A DNA stretch of 63,311 nt, counting the filler, from Jimgerdemannia flammicorona (Eukaryota), in NCBI GenBank assembly GCA_003990765.1. It is 2 parts of 2 records of this genome, joined end to end, with 100 filler letters (N's around TTAATTAATTAA, not from the genome) between each part and the next. Parts side by side here need not be neighbours in the genome. Positions count along the whole stretch, not along the records: positions 1 to 31,610 come from RBNJ01000386.1; 1 more part is not named here. One strand, written 5' to 3'. Of this stretch, positions 11,901 to 24,780 are shown piece after piece. The notes beneath the pieces are model-generated. The model did not search any database, was not told the origin of the DNA, and worked only from the letters and a program-made list of their open reading frames with translations. A program made the position numbers and the translations under genes. How positions within the stretch are numbered: the stretch's first letter is position 1; the number at the start of each line of letters is the position of its first letter.

Positions 11901-14088
11901 AGATGATTTCGATTCCTTGATGGTTGGTACCTTCCTGGGGTATCAGGGTGATCTTTCTGCCTTTATGGGTCAGGTTAACCTCATTGGTTCTCCAATTGAT
12001 GTCTGGGTTGTGCTGGGTTAATCAGGCTTTTCCTAAGATAATGTCTTGTCCTGGGAGGTCTACAATGCTGAAGTCCAACTTCTCTTGATATTTGCCAATT
12101 TTGAGCAACCAGTCTTCGCAGATCTTAGTCAATGGTGCAGTCTTTCCATTACCAAAGGTAACACTTCTTTTCTCAGTAGTTGGTCTGCTTTGGGCTCCAA
12201 TCTTCTTGGAAATCTTAGTGCTGATGTAGTTTCCAGTAGCACCACTATCAAGCAAGACATTGATATTTTGTCTGTGGACTTGGCCTGTGAACTTGATGCA
12301 ACTATCCTCCTTCTTGATGGTATTGAGCTCTTTATCTTCATTGTTGTCCCAATTGCTGTCAGTCTCCTCGAAGTCAGTTTCTCCCCATCCTTCACAAGGA
12401 GGGTTGTCTTGTTTGGGTTCCTCAGTCTGTTGAGCTTGGCGTTTCTCAGATTGAATTTTGAAAACTTTGGAGAGACATGCATAGCATTCACCAATATGTT
12501 CCATGTAGTATATTCGAATGGAATGAGGGCATTGTCCACATGGTGCATAACTATCTGCAATTCTCTTGTACCAGTTTTCATCATCTTCCTTCATGGTAGT
12601 GACCTTTTGACTGGGAGGTTTATTGGTAGATCCAAACCCTTTCTTACCATGATCTGTCTGGGAGAGTTTAGGGACTTCTTCAATGGTGAGATCTTGACGG
12701 ATTTCTTCAATAATTGCTTGGGCAATCCTTTGGCCTGTTTTGACTTCAAATGAGGTGTCTCCAAAATTTCGCAAGATGACATGAATTTCACCAGTAAATC
12801 CTTGGTCAACTACTCCTCCTCCTAGCCCAATGTTGAACTCTTTGGCTAGGCTGCTTCGCTCAGCAAAGCAGATGTATGTACCTCTGGGGGCTTACATTGC
12901 AATTCCTGTTCACACGGTAGCATTGGTACTTGGTGAGATGGTGAGATCTTGGCTGCTGTAGAGATCATATCCAGCATCAGTTGGGTGGGCCTTAGTGGGG
13001 ATGGTAGCCTTGTACCATATCTTCTGTACTTTGATGACATTCTTGGGGTTCTTCTTTCCTGGACCTTCTCCAATAACAGTAATGTTCTGGTTACTGGGTT
13101 CACCTGATCTGTTTCTTTTCTCAGGGCATTTGACTGAGATATGTCCTGCCTTCTTGCAGATGAAGCACAACCCTTTTTCGCAGAGCTGCTTCTTCACATC
13201 CTCAGTGGGAGGTCTGGGTCCTCTGGGGTTTTGCTGGTTCCTTTGATCATATCTTTGATCATATCTTTGGTCATTTCTCCTGGCAAGATTTCTCCTGTCT
13301 TGGGTATCTTTCTTATGTTCTTGATTTTGTGGAGCTTGTACAGCAAGGATTTTGTGGGCTCTTCTTTGTACTTGGGCAAAGCACCATGAATAGTGGGGGC
13401 ATTCTTGGGGAAGACCTTGTTCCTTGATCTTCTGGGTGAGCCAGTCTGGTAGGGCTGCAAAGAGGTGATTGGCTCTGGTACCATTGATGGCCAAATTGTT
13501 CTCCTGATAGGTAAGTCTAATGGTTTTGAGATAGGTATCCATTCTGGTGGCAAAGGTCTCTAGATCCTCTTCACCATTCTTATGGAACTTCATCTGGGAC
13601 AGTTTGTTCCATGTTTCTTGTATGTAGGCCACATTTCGAAATTTGGTCAGTAGCAAGGCCTTGAGTCCTGGGCCTGCTTCATAGTCATCCCAACTTGGTC
13701 TATTGTTGCCAGGTGCCTGTCTATTGACTTGAGGGTGGGCTTCCCAGATTACTGGGTGTTGTTCCAAGGTTCACCAGAATTCGGCTGCTGTTCCAGTGAA
13801 GAATGTGGCTACTGTTTCTACTTGTGCTTCTGATGTGGCAAACAGCTGTTGAAGGGTGCTGTTCTGGTTGTTGGTGAGCATTCCTATAGGTACTCAGTTG
13901 TCATTCCATTGGTTTGCTTGATAGCCTGTGTCAACTACATTGATGAAGTTTTCAATATCACTGTTTTTTCTACTGAATGTTGGAATTCCCAAGGTCTTGG
14001 TTGGTTTGTTCTGTTCAGCAATCTGTCCTACTATCCCTGCTAGTGCTGCTAGCTGGGTGGTCAGTGCTGTAATGTTGGCATCTACCAT
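8908..14088 (-). pseudogene. Gypsy-2 gag-pol (Gag, CCHC, dUTPase, protease, RT, RNase H, integrase with chromodomain)
   Basis: CFICKKAGHISVKC; dUTPase ~12625-13008 (AGYDL, GQRIAQ, KKGFGST); LLDSGATG; YIDD; HHCC integrase (HDTPAAGH...CEIC); GPY; chromodomain EEFKIEEVLD..FLIKWKGY..ATWE ~8950-9115. Confidence 0.95.
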
Positions 14089-14978
14089 TGTGTTGACTGG
14101 TGGTGGTGGGTCTGTTGGGGTAGATTCTTCTAAGGATTGTTCTACTTGGTGGGGTTGTGGGGCTGTATGACTTGGGGTTACTTGGTTCCTGGATATTAAG
14201 TCAAAGAGTCCTGTGAGAGAGGGTAAACCAAACCTCTGTATAGGTGGCTGAGTTGGTTCTGGGGTCTGATCTTCTTGACCTGTGGTTCCTTGGTAAATTC
14301 CTAGGCCTGCTGTTCCTCATTGGCTATCATCAGACTGGTGACCTGTAGATTCATCATCTGACTCCCTTCCCTGATGAGATAGTGCGTCCTCATACTGACT
14401 AGGTCCTTCAAAGAGGATATCAGTCTCTGGCTGGGTAGATGGACCTGCTCCTTATTCAGCAGTAGGGGATGGGTGGCCTGCTTGCTCGTTCTCGTACCTA
14501 GTTATGGCAGAGGCATAGTATACAACTAGCCTGTAGTAGAGGGAGGTCTTGGTTGGTGTATGATGATACCTGTCAGAGGCAATCCACTCAGCAGCTACTT
14601 CTTTTGTAGCAGGAGGTGTGATATAATCTAAAAAATCCTGGGTGGCTGCAACAGTAGATTCTGGGGTCCTAGTGGTTCCAATGTGTCCTCAGAGGAGTTT
14701 ATAGAACCTACAGTGGCTAACAATATTCCTAAGTCCTGGGTGATATGTCCTAAAAGCCTGGTATAGATCCTTGTAAGCCTGGTCAATTACAAGCTAGTGA
14801 GTCCTTGGGTCTGTGGTTTCTTGATACCACCTGGTCCTAATGGCAAGGACTTCTCTGGCTCTGGTTTGAGGATCCACAGTTATTTCTGGGGGTTACTCCT
14901 GTCCAAGGTTGGTCTTGTTCCAACTTCAGGAGTGTGTTCTTTAGTGCCTTCTTGGCTGGTAATCTGCTGCTACCAAGT

Positions 14979-15797
14979 TGTAATTCCTCTCACTTCTATC
15001 CCTCTCTTATCCTTAGGATAATTAAGGAAGTGGACTATTACTTAGGGACTTAGTACACAATGTGTACCAAGAAGCCTTCAGTTTGAGGAAGCACTTGCTT
15101 ATATATAGTTGTAGTGGCAGTGCCTTATCTTTCAAAGGTCTTTCTTTGGTTTGCCTTCTGTTTCAAAGGTCTTTCTCTTGTGCCCTATTTCGAGGGTCTT
15201 GTTCTTTGCTGTGCACAGACTGAATTCACCTTGGAATTCAGGTTCAATGGGTTTACTTAAGTCTTTGGGGATTTATATACCAGTCTCAGTTCTGGCAGAA
15301 GTTAGCTAGGCTTCTGAAGTTTAGTCAGAAACACTAGAGTCACTTAGATGTCATTACTAAGACTCAGGGGAATGTGTGTGTTTGGGGGGACTTGATTCTT
15401 GTATCAAGGACTAAACTAAAACTGCTTTATTTCGGATGGAAACTGAGTGGTATTTATACAAGTTGGTCTGCGATTTCTGACTAAGTATGAGTGACTAATT
15501 TGGTAACTATAATGAGATTTGTGATCGCGACCTTTGTCAGGTGGTTTTTGGTAAAAACAACTTTGTGATCAGGACCTCAATTACTAGGCAATGATCAGCT
15601 GCTTTGGCAACTGTTGCTGCAGTGCCGATTGTTAGGGATAAGCTGGATATTGTTTTCCGCATCATTTTGCATCATTCGCATCATTCATCATTCATAATTC
15701 GTATGTCGCGCTTCATTTGTATGATGATGTCATCGCTCGCTAGGTCACGTAATTGCTCGTCGTTCGTCATGTCCCATCTGTTCATCGTTCTATTATA
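14979..15797 (-). repeat. Gypsy-2 5' LTR (819 bp)
   Basis: Repeat of 6636-7443, followed on the minus strand by acTTGGTAGCAG (PBS). Confidence 0.95.
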
Positions 15798-15802
15798 GTC
15801 CT

Positions 15803-16395
15803 GATCACAAAGATATTCTTTACCAAAAACCACCTGACAAAGGTCATGATCACAAACCTCATTATAGTTACCAAATTAGTCACTCATACTTAGTCAGAAA
15901 TCGCAGACTAACTTGTATAAATACCCCTCAGTTTTCCATCCAAAATAAAGCAGTTTTTAGTTCAGTCCTTGATACAAGAATCAAGTCCCCCCCACACACA
16001 CATTCCCCTGAGTCTTAGTAATGACATCTAAGTGACTCTAGTATTTCTGACTAAACTCCAGAAGCCTAGCTAACTTCTGCCAGAACTGAGACTGGTATAT
16101 AAATTTCCAAAGACTTAAGTAAACCCATTGAACATGAATTCTAAGGTGAATTCAGTCTGTACACAGCAAAGAACAAGACCCTCGAAATAGGGCACAAGAG
16201 AAAGACCTTTGAAACAGAAGGCAACCCAGAGAAAGACCTTTGAAAGATAAGGCACTGCCGCTACAACTACTTTAAGTGAGCGCTTCCTTAAACTGAAGGC
16301 TTCTTGGTATACATTGTGTACTAAGTCCCTAAGTAATAGTTCACTTTCCTAATTATCCTAAGGATAAGAGAGGGGTAGAAGTGAGAGTTATTACA
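15803..16395 (+). repeat. Gypsy-1 3' LTR, right part
   Basis: Resumes the LTR after the TSD; ends GAGAGTTATTACA. Confidence 0.9.
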
Positions 16396-19300
16396 CTCAG
16401 CCTATTTGAGGCACACTGTATTCGCCTCCTCCTCCTTCTCCCTGCCACCCTACCAGCTCTACCCCAATAAACCCTCGCAGCCTCCTTCAATCTCATCCAA
16501 CGGACACCCACAGATAAACCCTCCTGCCTCCAAAGTGGAATCTTTACCTATATGTCCTCCACCCATGAATCCCACAACCCCTTCTTGGCCAGCAGGGAGG
16601 AGTTAAGATGCCAATGTCCAGGTCCATCTCCACTCCCCCCAAACTGCCCCTGTCTAATCAGTCCCCAGTGATCAGACCACAGGCACCACACCACCTTCAA
16701 AGTCTTCCAGACATCAGTACCCCAATATTCAGCTGTCAGAATCCAGTCAATCCTTGTTCCTAAGCCATTCACCCAGTATATGTAGACCCTGGTGTCACCC
16801 CACCATGTTTGGCCCATATCTCCTAAGGAGCTAAGGTTTTCCATCTCCTCCCATATATCTAGACTGCCATTCCTCCCACTGGCATTTCTTTCTCCATCAG
16901 TCCTATCCAACTGCAAATCTCGAACCATGTTAAAATCACCACCAAGAATATCAACCCCTTTCTCCAAGAGATGCTCTCCTCCAGTAGCTCTTTAATCCAT
17001 GCAATCCTCTCTCCCCTAGCTGCCAGGCAGTAACACGAGCCCACTCTTACTGAATCCCACCCTGGCCAGTGCCATTCACCCCAGACCAATCGATCTCCCT
17101 AGTTCTTGATCCCCTCCAAATCTCCTCTACCCTTCTTTATCAGAATTGCCACCTTTCCAAACCAAGCAGTAGCCCCACCCCATTCTCTAGTCCATTCGAC
17201 CTGATCATCCTCATCCTCACACCATACATCCTGCAGTAAAAAGAGATCAGCCTCCAATCCCTTTAGTCATGTAAAAATGTTCTTATGCTGCCCAGATCCT
17301 CAAAGACCATTCACATTGAGAGAGAAAATGTTAGTTGTACTATTCATGAGGAATATTGTAAAAGATTAAACCTCTCCTCTACAAATCTGCACTCAAGTCC
17401 TCCTGTGCCAAATCCAAGATGTGTTCTGCAGCCAACTCCTCCTTCTCAGCTCTCTGTGCCTCCAATCTCTCCAGAAGTTCAACTATTGCCCCATCCTCTT
17501 TCTCCTCAAAGTCCTCCTGATACTCCCCACAGGCCTCCTACCAGAACTGCAAACCATGGTGTTCTGCCCAACAGTAGGCTGCCCGCTCACCCACAACAAC
17601 CACTAGCTCTGCCTTCCTCACCTCATCTACCTCATAACCCTCTTCCTCCAGTAGTATCATAAGAATCTCCATCTTCAGCATCTCCACCACTCCCTCACCT
17701 CACAGGATCTGTGCCCGGTGCTTCTCCAGCATGACCCTCAGATCCACTTCCCCCAATACCTCAGCTGTAAGGTTATCCATCACCTTGCTCATCTACAGCA
17801 GATTCCCAACCTCCTTCCCTCCTGGGGTCCCTGGCTGCCCTGCATTCAGCATTGTAGTATCTGCACCTACACTGGCATCCTCATTCCACTCCTCTTCTGG
17901 GACATCCACCAGCTTGTCCTCACCAACAGCCACCACCTGGCCCCCTTTCACCACATCTGGGACTCCAAAAGTAACCTGCTGGGCCCCCTGCATTGGTACA
18001 TCTTCCACTGCCCCTCTCCACCCCACCGGGCCCCTCCTGATAAGTAGGGGGGGGGTACTATCTGACTCCTCCTCCCAGACCTCGAAAGTACCATCTATAT
18101 AGAGATCCCTGCCCAGCACCTTCACAGCCTATTCTTCTGTCACCACCACCTCCTTTCCGCCTTCACTAGCCCATACACTGGCTTTGATGCCTCCAGACCC
18201 TTTAGCCCCATCAACCTTCCTCTTCTCCCCTTCTGTCATACTCGCCAAGAGCTCCCTCTGCCTCAAGCACCCCTGGGCCTGCTCCCACTACCTCTTGTCA
18301 GTGCGGATATGCTTCCCCTCTACAATCTCCAAGTGCATTGACTCCTCATAGAGCTTCCAGGCCTTTACCTGCCATTCCACTACACCACTCATCTCCTCCA
18401 ATACCTCTAACAAATCCTCCTCCTCCTCCTCACTCCCCTTCACCCTTGACATCTTACAAATAAAGGCCCCCCACATCAACACTGAGGGCCAGTCACCTGC
18501 CTTCCCTGTGGCCTCCCTCCCTGCCAGCCGAATCCTGACATCAACATTGCTAGTCCTAATCGTCGTCCCCTCCTACACCTGAAAGCCAATATCCACCACA
18601 TCCCTATACTCTGCCATCATCTCCTCTACCCTCCTCCTCATCTCCTCCTTCATCACTGTTGGCACCCCCTTCACCAGCAGCTGCACCACCCTGGGGTCCC
18701 ACCTCAAACAGTGTACCATGGGGACCACCACCTCTCCAACTGCCACTCCTGCCCTCAGCGCCTCTTCCAGTAGGCCCACCTCCTCAAATCCCACCTCAAC
18801 TCCCTCCAGACCCTTTAGGAATTTCACTGAAGCTACCCCAGCCACCTGCTTCAAGATAAGCCCCAAGACCATCCTCACCATCACCCCTAAGCCTCGGAAG
18901 CACAGAGTCACTGCAAACTCCAAAATCGACTTCTTGAGTAATAGTACTACTGCCAGCCCCATTACACTATTGGCCAGGTCCCCCTTCTGCATTGGGAACC
19001 CTAGCCCCACCCTGCCATCAGCCATCACATCTCTTTTTTTTTCCTAATCCCCCATCACACTCCCATCAACAGTTACACCCCCAGCAACAGCACCACCAGC
19101 CCCTATGCTCACCACTCCCCCCTGAGGGCCACTCCCCTTTGTGACACTAGCCTTGCCCTTCCCCTCAGCAGTGCCAACCCTTGTTCCAGTAGGCCATCCA
19201 CCCGCCTTCACCTTATCGGCAAAGCTGGAGGGACCAGATCTTCCTCCAGATCCACCAGACACTGGTCCACCTCCAGAGCTTTCTCCCACCTTCGACCCTC

Positions 19301-19492
19301 CAAAGGCCCCCATCCCCAGGCTATACCCCCTCCCCACCTTCTGCCAGCCAAAAGCCCTAGCTCCCCCCGACCCAGTACGCCCATCAGAACTCTTGCTTGA
19401 TGACATCTTGATAGTACCTTTTCTCATAGTTGTGTCGAAAACTGTTGCTTGAAGTTTTTGTGTAATGCGAATTATACAGGAGAAAGGTGACT
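16396..19492 (-). mobile_element. LINE-B1 (L1/Tx1-like family B): 5'UTR, ORF1 (~17350-19406), APE part of ORF2; cut by Gypsy-1
   Basis: ORF1 MSSSKSSDG...LRWDPRVVQL; ORF2 from 17347 with SLNVNGL, GGDFN, TRIDW, WSDH endonuclease motifs. Confidence 0.85.
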
Positions 19493-22400
19493 GGGCTTCG
19501 ACATCCTCCTGACTACCCAACCCTACCACCATGTCATCTGCAAAGGCACCCAGCTGCCAGACCACATCTCCTATCTTCAATCCCAATAGTCGCCCCTTCA
19601 GCCATACCAGCAGAGACTGGGGGAGAGAGGATCCCTTTGTGATACCCCTCGCCCCAGGGCAAACTCTGGTCCACACCATCCATTCATCATGACCACTGCC
19701 CGGCATCCCTGTACTAAGCCCATCAGATGCCCTGCCTCTGCTACCCCAAATCCAGTCCTCCTCAGTACAGCCTCTAGGTAACTCCACTGTACTTGGTCAT
19801 AGGCCTTCTTTTGATCCAGAAAGACCATCTGGCCATCCACCTGCTGGCTCCTACAGCTTTCTAAAACATTCTGCACCCAGGCAGTACTATCTCTGATCTG
19901 CCTCCCCTTGACAAAGCCACACTGCTCTTCCCTAACTAGCACACCAATATACTGCTGCATCCTCCTAGCTAGAATCTTTGACACCAACTTTCTATCCACA
20001 TTCAGTAGTATGATAGGCCACCAATTATGCCACACCCGTCAATCCCCCTTTTCCTTGTATAGAAGAGAAACTAGCCCCAAGGAGCCATTACCTATCCAGC
20101 AACCCTCCTTCGAACAGCATTGGCCATCTCCACCAACCAGTCACCAAACTCTGCCTTGAATTCCTTCCAGAATTCCCAGGGCAACCCATCCTCCCCTGGA
20201 GATGAATCAGTCTGTGTCTTCCTCAGTACTTCCAATACTTCATCTAGGGACACCTCTCCCAAAACTGCTTCCTCTATCTCAGGTATCGCTGCCACTGGCC
20301 AACTGTTCACCATATTATCATTATCCACCTCAAACTCTGTGCCCTCAGCCTGCTCCCCACCATCCTGCCAAAGAGCTCGCCATTGGCCGGATACCTCCCC
20401 TAACATGTCAGTAATTCCAGAGACCTCTGCTCTATCTTCGCGCAATACTGAAGCCCAACTATGCTGTACTCTCCTGGCCTTCAAGTTACCAGACAGATAT
20501 CTCATAGGCATCTCTCCTTCTTCCAACCATCTAGCTTGTAGCCCGGTCAGCAAGCCATCTACCACTCTGGTTTCTGACACCTTTAAGTCTGCCTGCAACT
20601 CAGCCACCTCTAAAGCCAACTGATGGCACACCTCCCCAGATAAGTTCTCCTTTTCCAAGAGCTTCAATTGTCATCTCAGCCCCTTCTCCACTCTCCTTTC
20701 CTTGTCCTTCTGTTCTTTTCCAGCCACTTCTCCAACATCATGCCAGTAAGCACCAGCCAAGTATTTGAATTTACCCCACCAATTGGCTATCAACTGCCCT
20801 TCATTCTGCCATTGTGTAACTTCCTGTTTCATAACTATCACAAAATTATCCCTCTCCTTTTTCCTCCTGAGTAAGGCCACATTGAGGCACCAGCATCCAC
20901 CACCACTGCCTGCCACTTGGAATCTCCTGCAAACCTCCACTCCTCAGTGATCTGACCAGGGGCACCAGTGCACCTCAGCAGTATCCAGTACATTACCCCA
21001 GCACTCTGCCACTAGTACCCAGTCTATTCATGTCCCAACCAAGGCTGTTCCAACTGGGTACTACCAGGTAAAAGGTCTGACTGCATCCCCCTGCCATTGA
21101 TGAACACCATCCACCAAGCATATGTCTCGCTCCATCTGAAACCAATGAGAAAGACCATGTAATACTGCAACTTCTGCTCTACCATCAAATCTGTCCAGTG
21201 CTCGATCACGCACTATATTGAAGTTTCCCCCCAAAATGTCCAAAGCAACTACCTCCTGACCATCCCATACCTGCTATCCCTCAATCCATTGCTTTTGCTC
21301 TCTGCTAACTGCAGGGAGGTAAACTGATCCAACTGTTAAACCATCACCTGCCCCTCCTTTTAGTCTTCTCCAAATCAGTCTGTTGCCATAGCTCTCGACC
21401 TCCACCAACTCGCCTTTGCCTATACCAATCAAGATGCCTACCTGCATATTCCAACCTGCTCCACCATACCATTCTCTACTCCAAATCTCATAGTCTGACT
21501 CACCATAAGCCCGAATATCCTGAAGAAACATATCATACCTCCTAACTTTAAGCTATCTGAAAAGCTGCTATCTTTTAACACTGTCCCGCAATCCATTGAC
21601 ATTGATCGATAAAATATGGAAATTGTTCATCATCATTAAGGAAATTGTTTAAAGCTCTGCCGGGAGCACCACTACCTTCTCAGCCCTTCCTCTAATGATC
21701 TCTCACTGGTCCTCGCAAATCGCCCTCCAGATTCAATCACCATTTTCACTGTTACAGAACAGGTCCACTCTTTCAGTTGCCACCTTCCTGATGTCTGCCA
21801 TTCTGCTCTCATCAACATCATATCCTTCATCATCCAGAAGGGCAGCTACTATTGCCATCACCAGCTTAGGCCCCTGCATCGCTACCTTGAGAAATCCTTT
21901 CCATGCCTCCTGAGATCCATAAAACACATCCACTTCCTTGATATCCTCCTCAGCCAGCTCCTCCAGCACTACCTGGTACCAACTCTCCACCCTCATCGCC
22001 AGAGGCCCAGGAGTTGAAGGCCTGGGGGTCCTGCTCAACTCTTGCAGTTGTTCTCTGTCTGCCAATACATCAGAAGCCACATCCACCAGCTCATCCTCCT
22101 CCACCACTTTCTCCAAATGAATTACCTCACTGGCTTCTGGGCACTCCCAATGGACATTTGCTGCCCCAGCCATACAGGTGTCCTCTATCTGAGTTTCCAG
22201 CACCACTTCAGCATTAACCTCAAAGCCTCCTTCACCAACCTCCTCCCTATCCACCCACTTTCCTCTCACCAGTGCATACACCGATTCCTCAACACCACCC
22301 AGCTGGGAGAAGGACACCTCTGCCACCTCCACTCCTTCCATCTGATTTTTGGCTGCCTCAACTCTTGCCTCCTCTTCCACTGCTGCCCCCTGAAGGGCTG

Positions 22401-23687
22401 CCTGTAGATGCTCCCAGTTCCCTTTCCTCCACCTCTTCCACTTGCCATCTGCCTGGATCCAGACCCAATCCTTTGCATACTCCTCCCACTTCCTCTTATG
22501 CAGCTCCTTGGCAGCCTCTCTCTCCTCCAGAGTGATTGCTAACTCTTCCTCCTCCTGCTCGGCTCCCTTCCTCCTCCACACCTTGCACTCTTGCCCCCCA
22601 ATTCTAATCTCTTCAGACCAATCATGGCCCAGCCCTGTCACCTCCTTGCCTTCCAATCACAGCATCACCTCACAGTTATCATTCCTCAACTTGGTGCCCT
22701 CCCAGAACATGAATCCAAAGTCCACCATCTCACCATATCCACCCAGTGCCTCTACCACCATCTCCTTGGTCTCCTGCCTGCCCAGAGTAGGCAGTCCTTC
22801 CACCACCAGCCGAACAGCACATGGGTCCCACCTCAAACACCTCGCTATCCCAATCCAGACACCCTTGACTGTCATCTCTTTCTCCAGAGCCTTCACCATT
22901 GTCTCTTCCTCCACAAACCCAATCTCCACGGCCTCTGCCAAAGGGATGAACTTCAGAGTCTCTGCCCCAGTTACCTCCTCCCCCACCAGTCACAGAACCT
23001 CCCTCGCTGACATCGCCAAATCCAGGAAGTTCGCCGAAATTGCCAACATCGAAACCGATTTGTGAAAGAAGGGCCTCACTACTAGCTTGCCAGTCCCAGC
23101 TGCCAGAGTCACCTTTCCTTTGGCCCCCAAAACACCAGTAGTAGTCTCACCAGGTACAGCTGCACCATCAACAGTCTTCTTCCCAGCCACCTGCTCAGCC
23201 ACAGAAGAACCAGTCCCCAGCATCATGCCACCAGACCCCTGCCTCCTGCCAGACACCTGACCTGTCACCTGACTTGTCACCTGACCCCTCCCCCTGTCAA
23301 CACTATGTCCCCCCTGTCCAATCCCCATGGGCCTAGCCATAGCCCTCCTATTTCCAACCACCATACACCAGGCCTCAACCCCTCTAGTTCTCCTCTGCCC
23401 ACCTACCCCTCCAGCAGCTACACCAGCCCCTGCAGCAGCTGCAAAGCTCTTGGGAATACCCAGACTGGGCCTCCTCCTCTTCAGATGCTCAGAGCTAGAG
23501 GAATCTTGACTAGCCATGTTGCCAAAACTTGACAGCTTTCTCTGAAACTTGTTGTACCTTGTAGGTAGACTCCCACTGCATGATGTACACCAGTATGTTC
23601 GAAATAAAAACTTGAAAATGTTTTGTCTTTCACTGAAAGATGTCTGTGTGGCTTAGCTCTCTCCGAATGGTTTGAGCAAAAGAAGTC
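19493..23687 (-). mobile_element. LINE-A1 (L1/Tx1-like family A): 5'UTR, ORF1 (from 23517), ORF2 APE-RT up to the LINE-B1 insertion
   Basis: 5' end GACTTCTTTTGCTCAAACC; ORF1 MASQDSSSSE; ORF2 SINVNGL, SPGEDGLP, GFVKGRQIRD, RGVSQRDPLSP, AFADD. Confidence 0.9.
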
Positions 23688-24780
23688 GATCACTACCAGG
23701 CTCACAAGCAGTGCAACCTCTTAGGGAAATCTACAAGGCCAAGACCTCCCCTGACCACCAGTATCGCAAGAGTATCCCAACTGATCTGGGATCTCCTCCC
23801 TGCCCAAATCCAATCCCTAACCACCTTTGTTAGCCTCTTCACCACCCAAGCTGGGAAGTCTAGGTAGTAGGCCACATACCATAGCTTGGGAAATCAGTAT
23901 GTATTCAGAATTGATACCTGCTCTGCTAGAGAGATATGGTGGCCTCCCCAACCTTGAAGGGCCTCACCCCAAATAGCCACCCTGCTCTCCCACCACACTC
24001 ATGACAAGACAGAGCCATATACAGAGAGGAAGATGCCCAGATACTATACCACCTCACCAGTAGGGACAATTGTTCTAATGATGTCCCCACCCACCAGCCC
24101 ATTCCCTAGCACTATAGTCTCATACTTATACCAGTTGAGCTTTGCTCCAGAGTGATCCTCAAACCATTCCACTGTCTCCTTAAGTACCTTGACATCTGCC
24201 ACAGACCCAAGGCCAACCACCATATCATCTGTAAAGGCTCCCACCTTCCATACTATGCCATAGATAGAGAGTCCTACTACCTTCTGGCAAATCCTATCCA
24301 TCAATGGTTCCAATGAGAGGGCATAAAGAATAGGGGACAGGGGGTCCCCCCTCTTCTCAAGGTAAATGTCAGACTATGGTGACCATTATACATCAATACC
24401 ACCTGACTGCCCTCTAACAGATTCAATATAGAAGTCTGAAATCCTGGAGAAACACTAATATGATCCAATACCTTGCCCAGCCAAACCCACTGGACCCAGT
24501 CATAGATCTTCTCCTGATCCAAGAAGACCAATCTTCCATCCAGGCCACAAGCCTGGGCTCCTTCAATGACACCATGCACCTATGCAGTTCTATCTCTTAT
24601 AAGTCTACCTCCAATAAAACCCCACTGCTCCTCCCCCAGCACCTGTTGGGCAACCTTATGCAGCCTTGCAACAACCACCTTAGTCACTATCTTCAGCTGC
24701 CAGTTCTTCCAGTCTTCTCTCCTCCTCTTGTCTTTGTACAATAAAGCCACCAGCCTGAGGTTCTGCTCTCCACAGTATGG
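23688..24780 (-). mobile_element. LINE-B2 RT fragment (host of A1 and B3)
   Basis: LLYKDK, WGFIGGRLIRD, FLDQEKIYD, AFTDDMVV, SGAKLNW; resembles the B6 ORF2. Confidence 0.8.

Larger units (their letters stand above)
6636..15797 (-). mobile_element. Gypsy-2: full-length family-1 chromovirus (~9.16 kb) inserted antisense into the Gypsy-1 3' LTR
   Basis: LTRs 14979-15797 and 6636-7443; 5-bp TSD GTTCT (6631-6635)/GTCCT (15798-15802); PBS 14964-14975; PPT 7444-7456. Confidence 0.96.
1..16395 (+). mobile_element. Gypsy-1: Ty3/gypsy LTR retrotransposon (family 1, dUTPase-bearing), degenerate; 3' LTR interrupted by Gypsy-2; itself inserted in LINE-B1 ORF2
   Basis: Partial 5' LTR 1-190, PBS-like site 194-205, single-frame gag-dUTPase-PR-RT-RH-IN, PPT 6385-6397, 3' LTR split into 6398-6635 and 15803-16395 (TGTAAT...TTACA). 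Confidence 0.95.

Noticed and set aside
19029..19046. Stop plus A9 tract in LINE-B ORF1 (A-run also in B3-B6) as a programmed frameshift
   Set aside because: In B1 the flanks are in frame (TAG GAA AAA AAA AGA GAT GTG); best explained as CAG>TAG decay in a Lys-rich stretch.
19044..19787. 247-aa ORF joining an RT motif to a Gly-rich region
   Set aside because: Chance read-through across the LINE-A1/LINE-B1 insertion junction.
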